Positions 9,657 to 18,659 of a stretch of 60,995 bases of DNA are shown here, piece after piece. The notes beneath the pieces were generated by a model. The model did not search any database. It had not been told where the DNA came from and saw nothing but the letters and a program-made list of their open reading frames with translations. The first letter of the stretch is position 1, and each line of letters begins with the position of its first letter. Source of the stretch: Halanaerobiales bacterium (GTDB lineage Bacteria; Bacillota; Halanaerobiia; Halanaerobiales; M55B127); contig JAGYMU010000004.1 of NCBI GenBank assembly GCA_018399995.1, forward strand, positions 1-60,995, in the 5' to 3' direction. Both the position numbers and the translations under genes were made by a program.

Positions 9657-10131
9657 GGTATTGCCTCCAATCATACTTTTTATCTACATATTGACGGGTT
9701 TTAAAGTCTTTTCTCATAGGGGGAATTTCATTCCAATTTTCCAAAATTAATTCGTCCATATTATCATTTCCAGTGAACTTAATACCAAAAAAATCATGTA
9801 TATCACGTTCATAATATTTTGCTACTCCCCAGAGGTTTTTTATAGTGACAAACCTACTTTTTTGTCTGTTTATTTTAGTTTTAACACTTAAGCTTATTTT
9901 ATCTTCATATGAGAACAGGTGATAAATTAGTTCAAATTGATTATCTTCGATCCAATCTACACAACTTATTGTTGCAAGGTGAATATAACTGTGAGATTTT
10001 AAATAGTTTAGACCGGAGACGAGTTCTTCATTTTCAAGTCTTATTGATATATTCTGTTTTCTCAGTTTTTTAACAGAAAGCAAGTTTAAATCTCTGTTGA
10101 GCAGTTCTATAAGTTCATTTTCACTTCTCAT
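9643..10131 (-). CDS. mbxK: MbxK/NuoC-like subunit
   Basis: ISCVDW, YERDIHDFFGIKFTG, PPMRKDF. Confidence 0.85.
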   Translation of the reverse strand: MRSENELIELLNRDLNLLSVKKLRKQNISIRLENEELVSGLNYLKSHSYIHLATISCVDWIEDNQFELIYHLFSYEDKISLSVKTKINRQKSRFVTIKNLWGVAKYYERDIHDFFGIKFTGNDNMDELILENWNEIPPMRKDFKTRQYVDKKYDWRQYHGQE

Positions 10132-10661
10132 TGTCTTCTTTTGACCTCCCCCAGTACTTTTTCTTGATTTTTCTTATATGTTTCATATTCTTTATTATAC
10201 TTTTTATATCCATCTGCATTGCCTGTTTCTATCTTTTCTTTCAATTTTAAAAATCCCTCTAAAATAGCTTCTGGTCTGGGCATACACCCTGCTATATATA
10301 AATCTACCGGTATATATTTATCAAGTTGTTTGATTGTATTATATGAGTCCCAGTACATTCCTCCATTTATGGTACAAGAGCCAAAACCCATAACAAATTT
10401 GGGATCCTGCATCTGTTCATAAGTATAGATAACTCTTCTGAGGGTCTTGGTGCTTAGATAGCCGGTTATTAATAGTATATCAGCCTGTCTGGGTGTTGCA
10501 GCTGGGCCGATGCCAAATCGGCTCATATCATAACGAGAAGTCATAGTTGGTGGTAGTTCAATTGCCCCACAACCTGTACAGTAATGCAGCATAAAAAGAG
10601 ATCTTTTTTGAACCCAATTAATAACCTCCTGCCATTTATTACTTTCGTATTTATTATTCAT
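10128..10661 (-). CDS. mbxJ: MbxJ/NuoB-like Fe-S subunit
   Basis: YCTGCGAIE (MBX-type rather than the CC motif of NuoB), TPRQAD, GSCTINGG, GCMPRPE. Confidence 0.88.
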   Translation of the reverse strand: MNNKYESNKWQEVINWVQKRSLFMLHYCTGCGAIELPPTMTSRYDMSRFGIGPAATPRQADILLITGYLSTKTLRRVIYTYEQMQDPKFVMGFGSCTINGGMYWDSYNTIKQLDKYIPVDLYIAGCMPRPEAILEGFLKLKEKIETGNADGYKKYNKEYETYKKNQEKVLGEVKRRQ

Positions 10662-10678
10662 TTAATGATCACTCCTGT

Positions 10679-11575
10679 TTAAAAAATAATGATAACTGCC
10701 TGTAATAATGCAGCGATCAGAGGCCATCGCCAGTAAAAAAGCACACCTTCTTCAACCTTAAAGCGCGGAAATATTGAACCTATTAAAGCTGCTAAAAGCC
10801 ATACTATTAACATCTTTACAATGAAGATAAAAATATTATTTCCCCCACCCAGAAATAGGTCCACAAAAAGTGCGGTTTTAACCACGACTGAAACTGCATG
10901 CTGCAGCATTATAAAGGCCAGATATTTACCTCCGTGTTCAACAACAGGCCCTGAAGCAATTTCAGATGGAGCAACAGGGGCATCAAAGGGTTTTTTGCCC
11001 ATTAATCCTAAAAGGGCAATAAAAGCAACAGCAGTACCAATAGGTATATTGATTAAATTCCAGTTCATAAAACCACTCTGTTGAGCCTGAACAATCCCAA
11101 TTATTGAAGAAGTATTACTACTATAAATCAATGTTAATAAGACCACTATAAAGGGCAGTTCATAGCCCAACATCTGAGTTAGCGCTCTTGATATACCTAC
11201 TGATGCTAAGGGGTTACCAGAACCAACTGTAGCCATAGCCATGCCTAAATAAGCTACAGCCATTAAATATATTACTAATAATAGAGTTCCATTCATTCCA
11301 TATAAAACAAAGGGACCGACAGGTACAAAAAATAGTGTGGTAATCATTCCACCAAAGGCCATAATTGCACCAAAATCAAAAATAAACCCATGTGTAATAG
11401 AATTTTTGGTAAATAATTTTAATACATCTAAGTAGGGCTGGTAAAAAGGAGGCCCAATTCTTTTTTGTACTCTTGCTACTACTTTACGGGCAATACCAAT
11501 AAACAACAGACCTAAAGCCATGGCACTGAATGCCATCATTAAAAATCCAAATATATTTAAAATCATATTATCCAC
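10679..11575 (-). CDS. mbxM: MbxM/NuoH-like membrane subunit
   Basis: RKVVARVQKRIGPPFYQPYLDVLKL, KPFDAPVAPSEIASG, PRFK. Confidence 0.88.
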   Translation of the reverse strand: MDNMILNIFGFLMMAFSAMALGLLFIGIARKVVARVQKRIGPPFYQPYLDVLKLFTKNSITHGFIFDFGAIMAFGGMITTLFFVPVGPFVLYGMNGTLLLVIYLMAVAYLGMAMATVGSGNPLASVGISRALTQMLGYELPFIVVLLTLIYSSNTSSIIGIVQAQQSGFMNWNLINIPIGTAVAFIALLGLMGKKPFDAPVAPSEIASGPVVEHGGKYLAFIMLQHAVSVVVKTALFVDLFLGGGNNIFIFIVKMLIVWLLAALIGSIFPRFKVEEGVLFYWRWPLIAALLQAVIIIF

Positions 11576-13434
11576 CCCGCAAAAGCTAATATAACGATGA
11601 AGAGAATCATATAAAAAGCATAAGTTTGTCCATTACCTGTCACAATTGATTTTCTAAATACATTGCCTAATTTTACTATATTTTGAGCAAAAGTATCATA
11701 AGCAGCCGTCAAACTTCTGGCAGCGAAAGAATCAAATACCCGATCAAAGGGTCTAAAATACTGGTATGCATAGTGGTAGGCTTCTGGATCATCCAGATAT
11801 TCACCTGATGTGTAGGTATCCATTAAACCGACCGGTTTTGATTTTTTTACTGAAATAAATATGATAAAAGCCAGCAGAAATCCACCCACGAAAAGACTAA
11901 AGATAACTAATGAATTCCAGGTTCCAAAAGCACCTGTTATTGAATAGAGAGTGAATCCTACGGGTGTAATATTTAAAAGTTGAGAAATTTGATTTATTAA
12001 ATTCATCTGTAGGCCGGGCAGTATTCCAAATAACAATATCAGAGCCATTAAAACAAACATTGGAAGCTGCATCAAAAAAGGAACCTCTTTTATATTTTCG
12101 TGTTCAGGTTTTAATTGACCTAAAAATATAGTGCTCAAGGGTTTAAACACATACATAAATGAGCCTATACTTCCAAAAAAAGCAGCTACAGAGAGAAAAA
12201 TGTAACCTTTTTCTATTAAGGCCTGGTAAATAACCCATTTTGAAATAAAACCATTAGTAGGTGGTATACCTGCCAGGGCAATGATGGCGATTAAATAAGC
12301 TGCAAATGTAACAGGCATCTTAAATATCAGCCCACCCATTTCTCTCATTTTAGTTGTTTTAGTTCTATAAATTACAGCTGCAATACTTAAAAATATGGTT
12401 GTCTTAAAAATCATGTGGTTCATTAGATGAAGAAGTCCACCTGTAAACCCCAGTGGAGTTGAAATAGCTAGAGCCATGATAATATAACCCATCTGAGAAA
12501 TCGAAGAAAAGGCTACTAACCTTTTAACATCTTCCTGTCTTATGGCTAATACTGTTCCGGTAATAACAGTAACACCGCCAAATATAGCCAGTATATAATT
12601 AAATATTGGTAAACCTCTATAATGGATACTGTCCTTTAAAATATTATAGAGAGGTACAAAGTATAAAAGAAGGATCACTCCATAGATACCAACTTTTAAC
12701 ATTAAACCGGACAAAAAAGGAGAGAATTCCTTGGGAGCATTACTATGAGCTCCATTAACCCAGACATGAAAAGGGAATACACCCGCCTTGATTATAAATG
12801 GAATAGCAAGCATAATAATTAATATAATAGATTCTGTGATAGGAAGCCCACTCAAATGAGCTGCCACCTGACTGTATCTTAGGGTATGGATCTGATTATA
12901 TATTATAAAGATGGCTGTAACCATCAGATAAGCTCCTACAGTACTTAAAATGATGTAGCGAAAAGAGGCTTTTTGAGCGGCTTTTTTTTCACCTGATGAT
13001 ATCAGAAAAAAGGATGACCAGGTCATTATTTCCCAGAATATAAACAGGCTTAAAAAATCACCAGCCAAAACTACTCCGAGTATACTACCAACCAGAATCG
13101 CAAAATTAAGATGAAAGGCAGATCTTAACGTATATTCCTGCTGTGATTTAATCGTAAATATTGCAATTAAAAGACCAGCCCCTGTTGTCATAAATATAAA
13201 CAACCAAGATAATGGAGTTAATTGAAAGATCAGCTGTACTTCTCGATCAAATATATAATATGTTATGGACTCATAAGGTATATCCCACTGACCATAGAGA
13301 CGGCTAATTTGATAAAATAGATAAGCAAAAACAACACTGTTTAAAATAGCTAAGGATAACTTGATTTTTTTATTTAAAAAATAAGCTATAAAAGCTATAA
13401 TTATCGGAATAAAGGTATAGTAGAAAAGTGACAT
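11563..13434 (-). CDS. MbxH'-like antiporter subunit (NuoL/MrpA family)
   Basis: FIFWEIMT, KAGVFPFHVW, LMLKVGIYG, KRLVAFSSISQMG, GIPPTNGFISKW. Confidence 0.88.
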   Translation of the reverse strand: MSLFYYTFIPIIIAFIAYFLNKKIKLSLAILNSVVFAYLFYQISRLYGQWDIPYESITYYIFDREVQLIFQLTPLSWLFIFMTTGAGLLIAIFTIKSQQEYTLRSAFHLNFAILVGSILGVVLAGDFLSLFIFWEIMTWSSFFLISSGEKKAAQKASFRYIILSTVGAYLMVTAIFIIYNQIHTLRYSQVAAHLSGLPITESIILIIMLAIPFIIKAGVFPFHVWVNGAHSNAPKEFSPFLSGLMLKVGIYGVILLLYFVPLYNILKDSIHYRGLPIFNYILAIFGGVTVITGTVLAIRQEDVKRLVAFSSISQMGYIIMALAISTPLGFTGGLLHLMNHMIFKTTIFLSIAAVIYRTKTTKMREMGGLIFKMPVTFAAYLIAIIALAGIPPTNGFISKWVIYQALIEKGYIFLSVAAFFGSIGSFMYVFKPLSTIFLGQLKPEHENIKEVPFLMQLPMFVLMALILLFGILPGLQMNLINQISQLLNITPVGFTLYSITGAFGTWNSLVIFSLFVGGFLLAFIIFISVKKSKPVGLMDTYTSGEYLDDPEAYHYAYQYFRPFDRVFDSFAARSLTAAYDTFAQNIVKLGNVFRKSIVTGNGQTYAFYMILFIVILAFAGWII

Positions 13435-14889
13435 TTACATCCCCCCTAAGACATTTGAAATATAATCTGATCTGGATAACAATTCACCTGCAGCCTGATT
13501 TAATGGTTTTATGATTAATTCAGGATAAATTCCTAACAAAAAAACGACAGTGATTAAGACTATGATTGGTACATAAGCCTTGACTATCTTATGGGGATTA
13601 ATACTTATCTTTCCAAAGAAGATCTTTTGTATTACCTTTAGATAATAAGCCATCTCGATGACTGTAGCAAATAAAATTAAAAATGTTAATAGATACTCAC
13701 CTGCATTAAGAGAACCGTTAACTATCATAATCTTACTTACAAAACCATTAAAAAAAGGAACACCTAATATTCCCAGAGATCCTACGGAAAATCCAACAGC
13801 AATCAAAGGTATCTTTTTAGCTATTCCTCCTAAATTAGAAATATCTCTACTACCTGCATATTTAATCATCAAACCAGCTGTTAAAAAAAGAAGTGTTTTT
13901 AAAATTGCATGGTTAAAGAGCTGGAATAAGCCACCGCTTATCGCGTATTTAGTGCCAACACTGATGATAGTTAAAACCAGACTCATCTGCGCAATACTTG
14001 AATAAGCCAGCATTCTTTTAATATCGTCTTGCTGATAAGCAATTAATTCTCCGATGACCAGACTAATTGCGCCGATAATCATCAGATATATATATAAGCT
14101 GGGATTAACAAATAAACTAAAGAAAATCTTAATAAGAGCAATAATTCCAGCTAAAAATACCAGGCCACTTAAAGTAGAACTTACTGCAGAAGGTGCTATT
14201 GAATGTACATCTGGGACCCAGATGCTTAAAGGTAAGATGCCTGCTTCAAAAGCAATTCCAACAAAAAACAAAAGGGAGATTATCTTGATTAAGTCTGGGT
14301 TTATTAGATGTGAAGCAGCAGCGATGAACGCCATGTTCAAACTTCCAACTGCTGAATAAGTAAAACCTATTGCCATTAATAAAAACACAGAACTTATCGA
14401 GCCGATAATTATATATTTGATAGCTGCTTCATACCCCTTATCTTTATTAAAAGTGGTTAATCCATAAGCAGCGACTGTGGTTATTTCTATGAACACAAAT
14501 AAATTAAAAATATCTCCGGTCATCACAATTCCATAAATACCCGCTATAATTATCAAATACAAGGTGTGGAATTTACTTTCTGATGCAAAATTACTGTGAT
14601 TTAAATTATATACAGCTAAAATCAAAGATATTATACTGATCACAGTTATTGAAATCAGCTCTAATGTTCCCACATATAAGTTGATAGCAAAGGGTGCTTG
14701 CCAGCTGCCCAGTTCAATGATTACCGGTTCTAAAATTATTTGATTATAATTTATAATAATTATTAATAGATTTATTGCAGTTGTTAAAACAACAACAACT
14801 GAGGGTAGTTTTTTGTTTATATAGTTAAATAAGGGTATAAGAAATGCAGTTAAAAGAGGTAGTGCAATAATTAATATTATATTCACCAT
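13435..14889 (-). CDS. mbxH: MbxH-like antiporter subunit (MrpD family)
   Basis: GDIFNLFVFIEI, WVPDVH, KRMLAYSSIAQ, GVPFFNGFVSK. Confidence 0.88.
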   Translation of the reverse strand: MVNIILIIALPLLTAFLIPLFNYINKKLPSVVVVLTTAINLLIIIINYNQIILEPVIIELGSWQAPFAINLYVGTLELISITVISIISLILAVYNLNHSNFASESKFHTLYLIIIAGIYGIVMTGDIFNLFVFIEITTVAAYGLTTFNKDKGYEAAIKYIIIGSISSVFLLMAIGFTYSAVGSLNMAFIAAASHLINPDLIKIISLLFFVGIAFEAGILPLSIWVPDVHSIAPSAVSSTLSGLVFLAGIIALIKIFFSLFVNPSLYIYLMIIGAISLVIGELIAYQQDDIKRMLAYSSIAQMSLVLTIISVGTKYAISGGLFQLFNHAILKTLLFLTAGLMIKYAGSRDISNLGGIAKKIPLIAVGFSVGSLGILGVPFFNGFVSKIMIVNGSLNAGEYLLTFLILFATVIEMAYYLKVIQKIFFGKISINPHKIVKAYVPIIVLITVVFLLGIYPELIIKPLNQAAGELLSRSDYISNVLGGM

Positions 14890-15248
14890 TTCAACCCCCT
14901 TATTTTAGAAATATCAAGCGTATTATATTTTTCATATATTTTAATGATTACTCCTAAACCCAGTGCTAGAACAGCCACACCGATTACAATGGATGTAAGA
15001 ACCAGGGCTTGAGGAATAGGATCGACAAAGTTATAAGAATTATTGTTTATTGTAGAAGTAATAATTGGTGCAAAGCCCCCTTTTACATAGCCTAAGGAGA
15101 CTAATAGAACATTGATGCCTGTATCCATTAAACTCAGTCCAATAAAAATCTTAATTAGATTCTTTCTGGTAATTACCCCATAAAGGCCGATTAAGATAAG
15201 GAGAATAGAACCACCAAAAAAAGACCATTTTTCCAGAAAGTCAATCAT
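14883..15248 (-). CDS. mbxG: MbxG/MrpC-like subunit
   Basis: RKNLIK, DPIPQALVLTSIVIG. Confidence 0.9.
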   Translation of the reverse strand: MIDFLEKWSFFGGSILLILIGLYGVITRKNLIKIFIGLSLMDTGINVLLVSLGYVKGGFAPIITSTINNNSYNFVDPIPQALVLTSIVIGVAVLALGLGVIIKIYEKYNTLDISKIRGLKW

Positions 15249-15281
15249 TTAGATCACATCCCTTTTAAAATTACTTTTCAA

Positions 15282-16043
15282 TTATGCTTTCATTAAATCA
15301 TTTATTATATTCGTAAGTTCTACAGCTACTTTCAAACCTATTGTAATATATAATATGGGGACGATTCCTCCACTAAATAAATTAGCAATAGTACCGGTTT
15401 CTAAAAAATTCGTTAAAAAAGATCCTTCTGCATATAATCCATAAAGGCCTATACTAACAAAACTGACTCCGGCAGTAACTTCAATTGCTTTTAATTTATT
15501 TTCATCTAACTCATACTCTTTACTACTTAACAATTTAAGTAAAAGGGCAGTTGCGATTACTGCACCCCCTTGAAAACTCCCGCCGGGACTTAGGTGTCCA
15601 TAAATTATTATATAAGAACCTGCCAGGATTAATAGAGGGAAAAGTATCTTTATACCATTTTTTAGTATAAATGAACCTTCCTTTACTACAAAATTATTTT
15701 TTGCATGTTTCTTATTATAGAGTATGGCACTTAATCCGGTTGCTGCTAAAAAGAGAACTGTTACTTCCCCTAGAGTATCAAGGGCACGGTAATTTGCCAC
15801 AATGGAAGTAACTATATTTGCAGAACCACTTTCTTTATCTTTACTTTCCTTATATATTACTTCCTCATTAGGAGAGTTAACGCTTTTATCTATATATAAT
15901 TGGGCTGTTCTGTTTTCTATATCTGCTTTCCCAAAATTATTTAGAGCGATTTCCCCTTTTTCAGGAGAAATCAAAAAGGCCTGCAAAATAAAAATACCCA
16001 ATAAAATAACCGTCATTAAGGCCAATATCTTGCGAAAATTCAC
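15282..16043 (-). CDS. MbxE/F (MrpB-like) subunit
   Basis: NIVTSIVANYRALDTLGE, GHLSPGGSFQGG. Confidence 0.88.
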   Translation of the reverse strand: MNFRKILALMTVILLGIFILQAFLISPEKGEIALNNFGKADIENRTAQLYIDKSVNSPNEEVIYKESKDKESGSANIVTSIVANYRALDTLGEVTVLFLAATGLSAILYNKKHAKNNFVVKEGSFILKNGIKILFPLLILAGSYIIIYGHLSPGGSFQGGAVIATALLLKLLSSKEYELDENKLKAIEVTAGVSFVSIGLYGLYAEGSFLTNFLETGTIANLFSGGIVPILYITIGLKVAVELTNIINDLMKA

Positions 16044-16282
16044 TAATTTTCCCTCCCTTCAGTTTTATATAAGGTTATGATAAAGATAGCTGTGGATAGT
16101 CCTGCTCCGATAGCTGCCTCAGCCATTGCTACATCAGGGGCTCTTAAAAAATAGAACAAAAATGCAGCAATTAGACTAACCATACCCGCTGAAATTATTG
16201 AGTTAACAAGTTTATCAAAAATAAGAGCAGCTATCCCACTAATTAACATTAGCAAAATTAAAAAACTATAAAGCAGAGTCAT
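16043..16282 (-). CDS. mbxD: MbxD (DUF4040 / MrpA C-terminal-like) subunit
   Basis: APDVAMAEAAIGAG motif. Confidence 0.88.
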   Translation of the reverse strand: MTLLYSFLILLMLISGIAALIFDKLVNSIISAGMVSLIAAFLFYFLRAPDVAMAEAAIGAGLSTAIFIITLYKTEGREN

Positions 16283-16631
16283 TTATATCACCACTTTTGT
16301 TATACAGAACATCCTCATTATATTTATTTACAGTAGTTAATTTTGAAACTTTAATTCCATTTTTTATAGAGGAGCGTGCTATAGTTTGACTTCCAATTGG
16401 ATTGGTCATAACAATAAACAAGGCTATAATTAAAGTTTTTAAAAACCAGGAGGGCTGGATAAGTCCTACCCCAATTATTGTAGAAAGAGCACCAAGTGTA
16501 GTAGCCTTAGTACCAGCCTGGATTCTATTGTATAGATCAGGCATCCTGATTAGTCCTAAAGAACCTAAAAATAAGAAGACCGCACCGATACTTATCAAAA
16601 AGTAACCGATTACCTTAAGTAGTATTAACAT
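16266..16631 (-). CDS. mbxC: MbxC/MrpG-like subunit
   Basis: RMPDLYNRIQAGTKATTLG. Confidence 0.9.
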   Translation of the reverse strand: MLILLKVIGYFLISIGAVFLFLGSLGLIRMPDLYNRIQAGTKATTLGALSTIIGVGLIQPSWFLKTLIIALFIVMTNPIGSQTIARSSIKNGIKVSKLTTVNKYNEDVLYNKSGDINDSAL

Positions 16632-16634
16632 AGA

Positions 16635-16883
16635 TTAACCACTTCCTTCAATATAACGGGCTATGATTATAACACTTGTGAAAGATAAGGCTGCAAATAC
16701 TAAAGAGATATCTAAATAAATATTGTTCTTGAAAAATAAAGCAACTAAGACAAGTAGGGAACTGATAACTGTTGTGATAGTATCAAGGGCAACCGTTCTA
16801 TCGGCTGAGCTTGGTCCTTTAATTAGTCTAATAGTTCCCAATATTAAAGCTAGTGATAATATTAAGAAAACTAAATTAAGCAA
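16635..16883 (-). CDS. mbxB: MbxB/MrpF-like subunit
   Basis: RLIKGPSSADRTVALD. Confidence 0.9.
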   Translation of the reverse strand: MLNLVFLILSLALILGTIRLIKGPSSADRTVALDTITTVISSLLVLVALFFKNNIYLDISLVFAALSFTSVIIIARYIEGSG

Positions 16884-17375
16884 CTAAAATACCCCCTTTA
16901 AAATACCCGTAAATTTACCGGTAATTAATTTTTTCTGTAACTTAGGCTGATTACTTTTGAAATCTATCCAATGGATGTATAACAAATCATCTATAACATC
17001 TATTGTGAGGGTGCCTGGGGTTAAAGTTATTGAGTTAGCCAAAAATAGTTTTGCGTAATCAGACTTTAATTCAGTAGAAATTTTTACTATGCCGGGGTTT
17101 ATAGGTAGATTGGGATTTATTACGCGGCGAGCGACATCAATATTTGCTTTGATCATCTCAATGATGAAAACTGGTATATATCTTAATAGATTGAAAATGC
17201 GGACAAAAATATTATTATCACTGCTTTTTTGACTAAAGCTTTTGTATGTAAAAAACGATAATAATATTGAGATGGTGATACCTGCAAGCATTTCTTGCAT
17301 GGCTAGGCTGCCTGTATAAGCCAGCCAGAAGAGAAAATAGATAATAAGAGTAGAAAAATATCTTCTAAAATCCAA
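16884..17375 (-). CDS. mbxA: MbxA/MrpE-like subunit, first gene of the operon
   Basis: ANIDVARRV, PGIV, LANSITLTPGT, LYIHW; AAAGGAGG RBS before a TTG start. Confidence 0.9.
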   Translation of the reverse strand: MDFRRYFSTLIIYFLFWLAYTGSLAMQEMLAGITISILLSFFTYKSFSQKSSDNNIFVRIFNLLRYIPVFIIEMIKANIDVARRVINPNLPINPGIVKISTELKSDYAKLFLANSITLTPGTLTIDVIDDLLYIHWIDFKSNQPKLQKKLITGKFTGILKGVF

Positions 17376-17393
17376 TTCTGTTCCTCCTTTAAG

Positions 17394-17411
17394 TTGTGAT
17401 AAAGTTCACTT
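17394..17411. promoter_or_regulatory. Rex-like operator in the mbx leader
   Basis: TTGTGAT-AAAG-TTCACTT versus Rex consensus TTGTGAA-N4-TTCACAA (11 of 14 match), between promoter and RBS. Confidence 0.6.
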
Positions 17412-17425
17412 AGGGTGGCTACCAT

Positions 17426-17453
17426 ATATCATTATATTTAAATATTATGATAT
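17426..17453. promoter_or_regulatory. 28-bp near-perfect palindrome over the mbx -10/+1 region (candidate ArsR operator)
   Basis: ATATCATTATATTTAAATATTATGATAT, one mismatched pair. Confidence 0.6.
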
Positions 17454-17470
17454 TAAGATATGTTTGTCAA
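17442..17470 (-). promoter_or_regulatory. SigA-type promoter of the mbx operon
   Basis: Minus strand TTGACA-N17-TAATAT. Confidence 0.65.
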
Positions 17471-17481
17471 ATATAATTTTT

Positions 17482-17680
17482 GGTTCTTCTCCAAACGAGT
17501 GGGTCAATTTATGATTATACATAAAATTATCTATAGTCATTTTCTTTAATTGATGGGCTTTTTAATAATAAAAGGATAATATAAATATCGTATAAAAAAC
17601 CTATTTAATTAAGAAGATAGCCACTAATCAGTGTAGCAAACAAACTTCACATATTTTACCCACGGAAATGGAGAAGATCC
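17482..17680. mobile_element. 199-bp ISL3-like MITE
   Basis: Imperfect terminal IRs: left GGTTCTTCTCCAAACGAGTGGGTCAA, right (reverse complement) GGATCTTCTCCATTTCCGTGGGTAAA; no internal ORF; no clean target-site duplication. Confidence 0.65.
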
Positions 17681-17793
17681 GAGTTTATAAATCACCTTTA
17701 TTTTTTGACATAAAGCTTTAAATAATTCATACTTGACTTAATCAAATTAATTTCATAATATAAAGGTAGAGTGATAAATAAGGAGGTTAAATA

Positions 17794-18087
17794 GTGGAAG
17801 AGATTACTAAAGATATGGATGAAATTAAAAGCAAAGCTAAATTACTAAAGGTCATATCACATCCTATTCGATTATGTGTGGTCAAGGGGTTAATGGAGAG
17901 TGAAGGATATAATGTAACTAAAATTCAGAACTGTCTTAATATACCTCAGTCCACTCTTTCCCAGCATTTAAGTAAACTAAAAGACTTAGGTATAATTGAA
18001 GGAACACGCAAGGGAGTAGAAATAGAATATCATGTGAAAAATGATGACATAAAAAAGATAATAAACACAATATTTAATGATAAATAA
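17794..18087 (+). CDS. ArsR/SmtB family transcriptional regulator
   Basis: LLKVISHPIRLCVV...PQSTLSQHLSKLKDLGII...RKG winged HTH; two Cys. Confidence 0.92.
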   Translation: MEEITKDMDEIKSKAKLLKVISHPIRLCVVKGLMESEGYNVTKIQNCLNIPQSTLSQHLSKLKDLGIIEGTRKGVEIEYHVKNDDIKKIINTIFNDK

Positions 18088-18120
18088 CAAGAGATCCTTC
18101 TTTATTAAGAGGGATTTTTG
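18088..18120 (+). terminator. Intrinsic terminator after the ArsR gene
   Basis: GAGATCCTTCTT-TATT-AAGAGGGATTTTTG hairpin with T tract. Confidence 0.65.
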
Positions 18121-18326
18121 TTATTAATATTATAATTTCATAATAGAGATGAAATTATTTTCTTGTCGTGTATGGGATAAGAGCTGTGATGAATTATATT
18201 TTTTTATAAATATATAAATGATCAACAATTAGGATTAATTTAATTTTATCTTTAACAAAAAAGCAGGTAAAATAATAAGATTATTGAATTATATAATAAT
18301 AAGATGTTGTAAAAAGAAGGATAAAA

Positions 18327-18608
18327 ATGGTTAAAATATTTTAACAGGAGAAAAAAATTGCAAATTCTGACAAGACTGAAGTAATTGAAGGTAATAATTA
18401 TTTTTCTCCAGAGTCTGTTAAAATGAAGTATTTTAAAAAAATGACAAATACTCAACAGATCCATGGAAGGGGGCAAACTACTATCACTTAAAAGATGGTG
18501 AAAAAAAGGCTAATAATGCAGCCTGGTTTTACCCAGAACCTAAAAACCTTTGAAAGAATAAAAGATAAGATTGCTTTTTATTCTAACAAAGTTGATATTG
18601 TTGAGTAA
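18327..18608 (+). pseudogene. DUF427-family pseudogene
   Basis: MVKIF*QEKKIANSDKTEVIEGNNYFSPESV, frameshift, STDPWKGANYY...NNAAWFYPEPK, frameshift, ERIKDKIAFY. Confidence 0.8.
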
Positions 18609-18659
18609 TTGCCAAATGGTGGTAAGAAGCTAATATAAATCTAAAATAATTCAAGGGGG

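Noticed and set aside
8547-10661. Group 4 [NiFe] hydrogenase (MBH/Ech)
   Set aside because: The large subunit lacks complete CxxC motifs at both ends, and no maturation genes are nearby.
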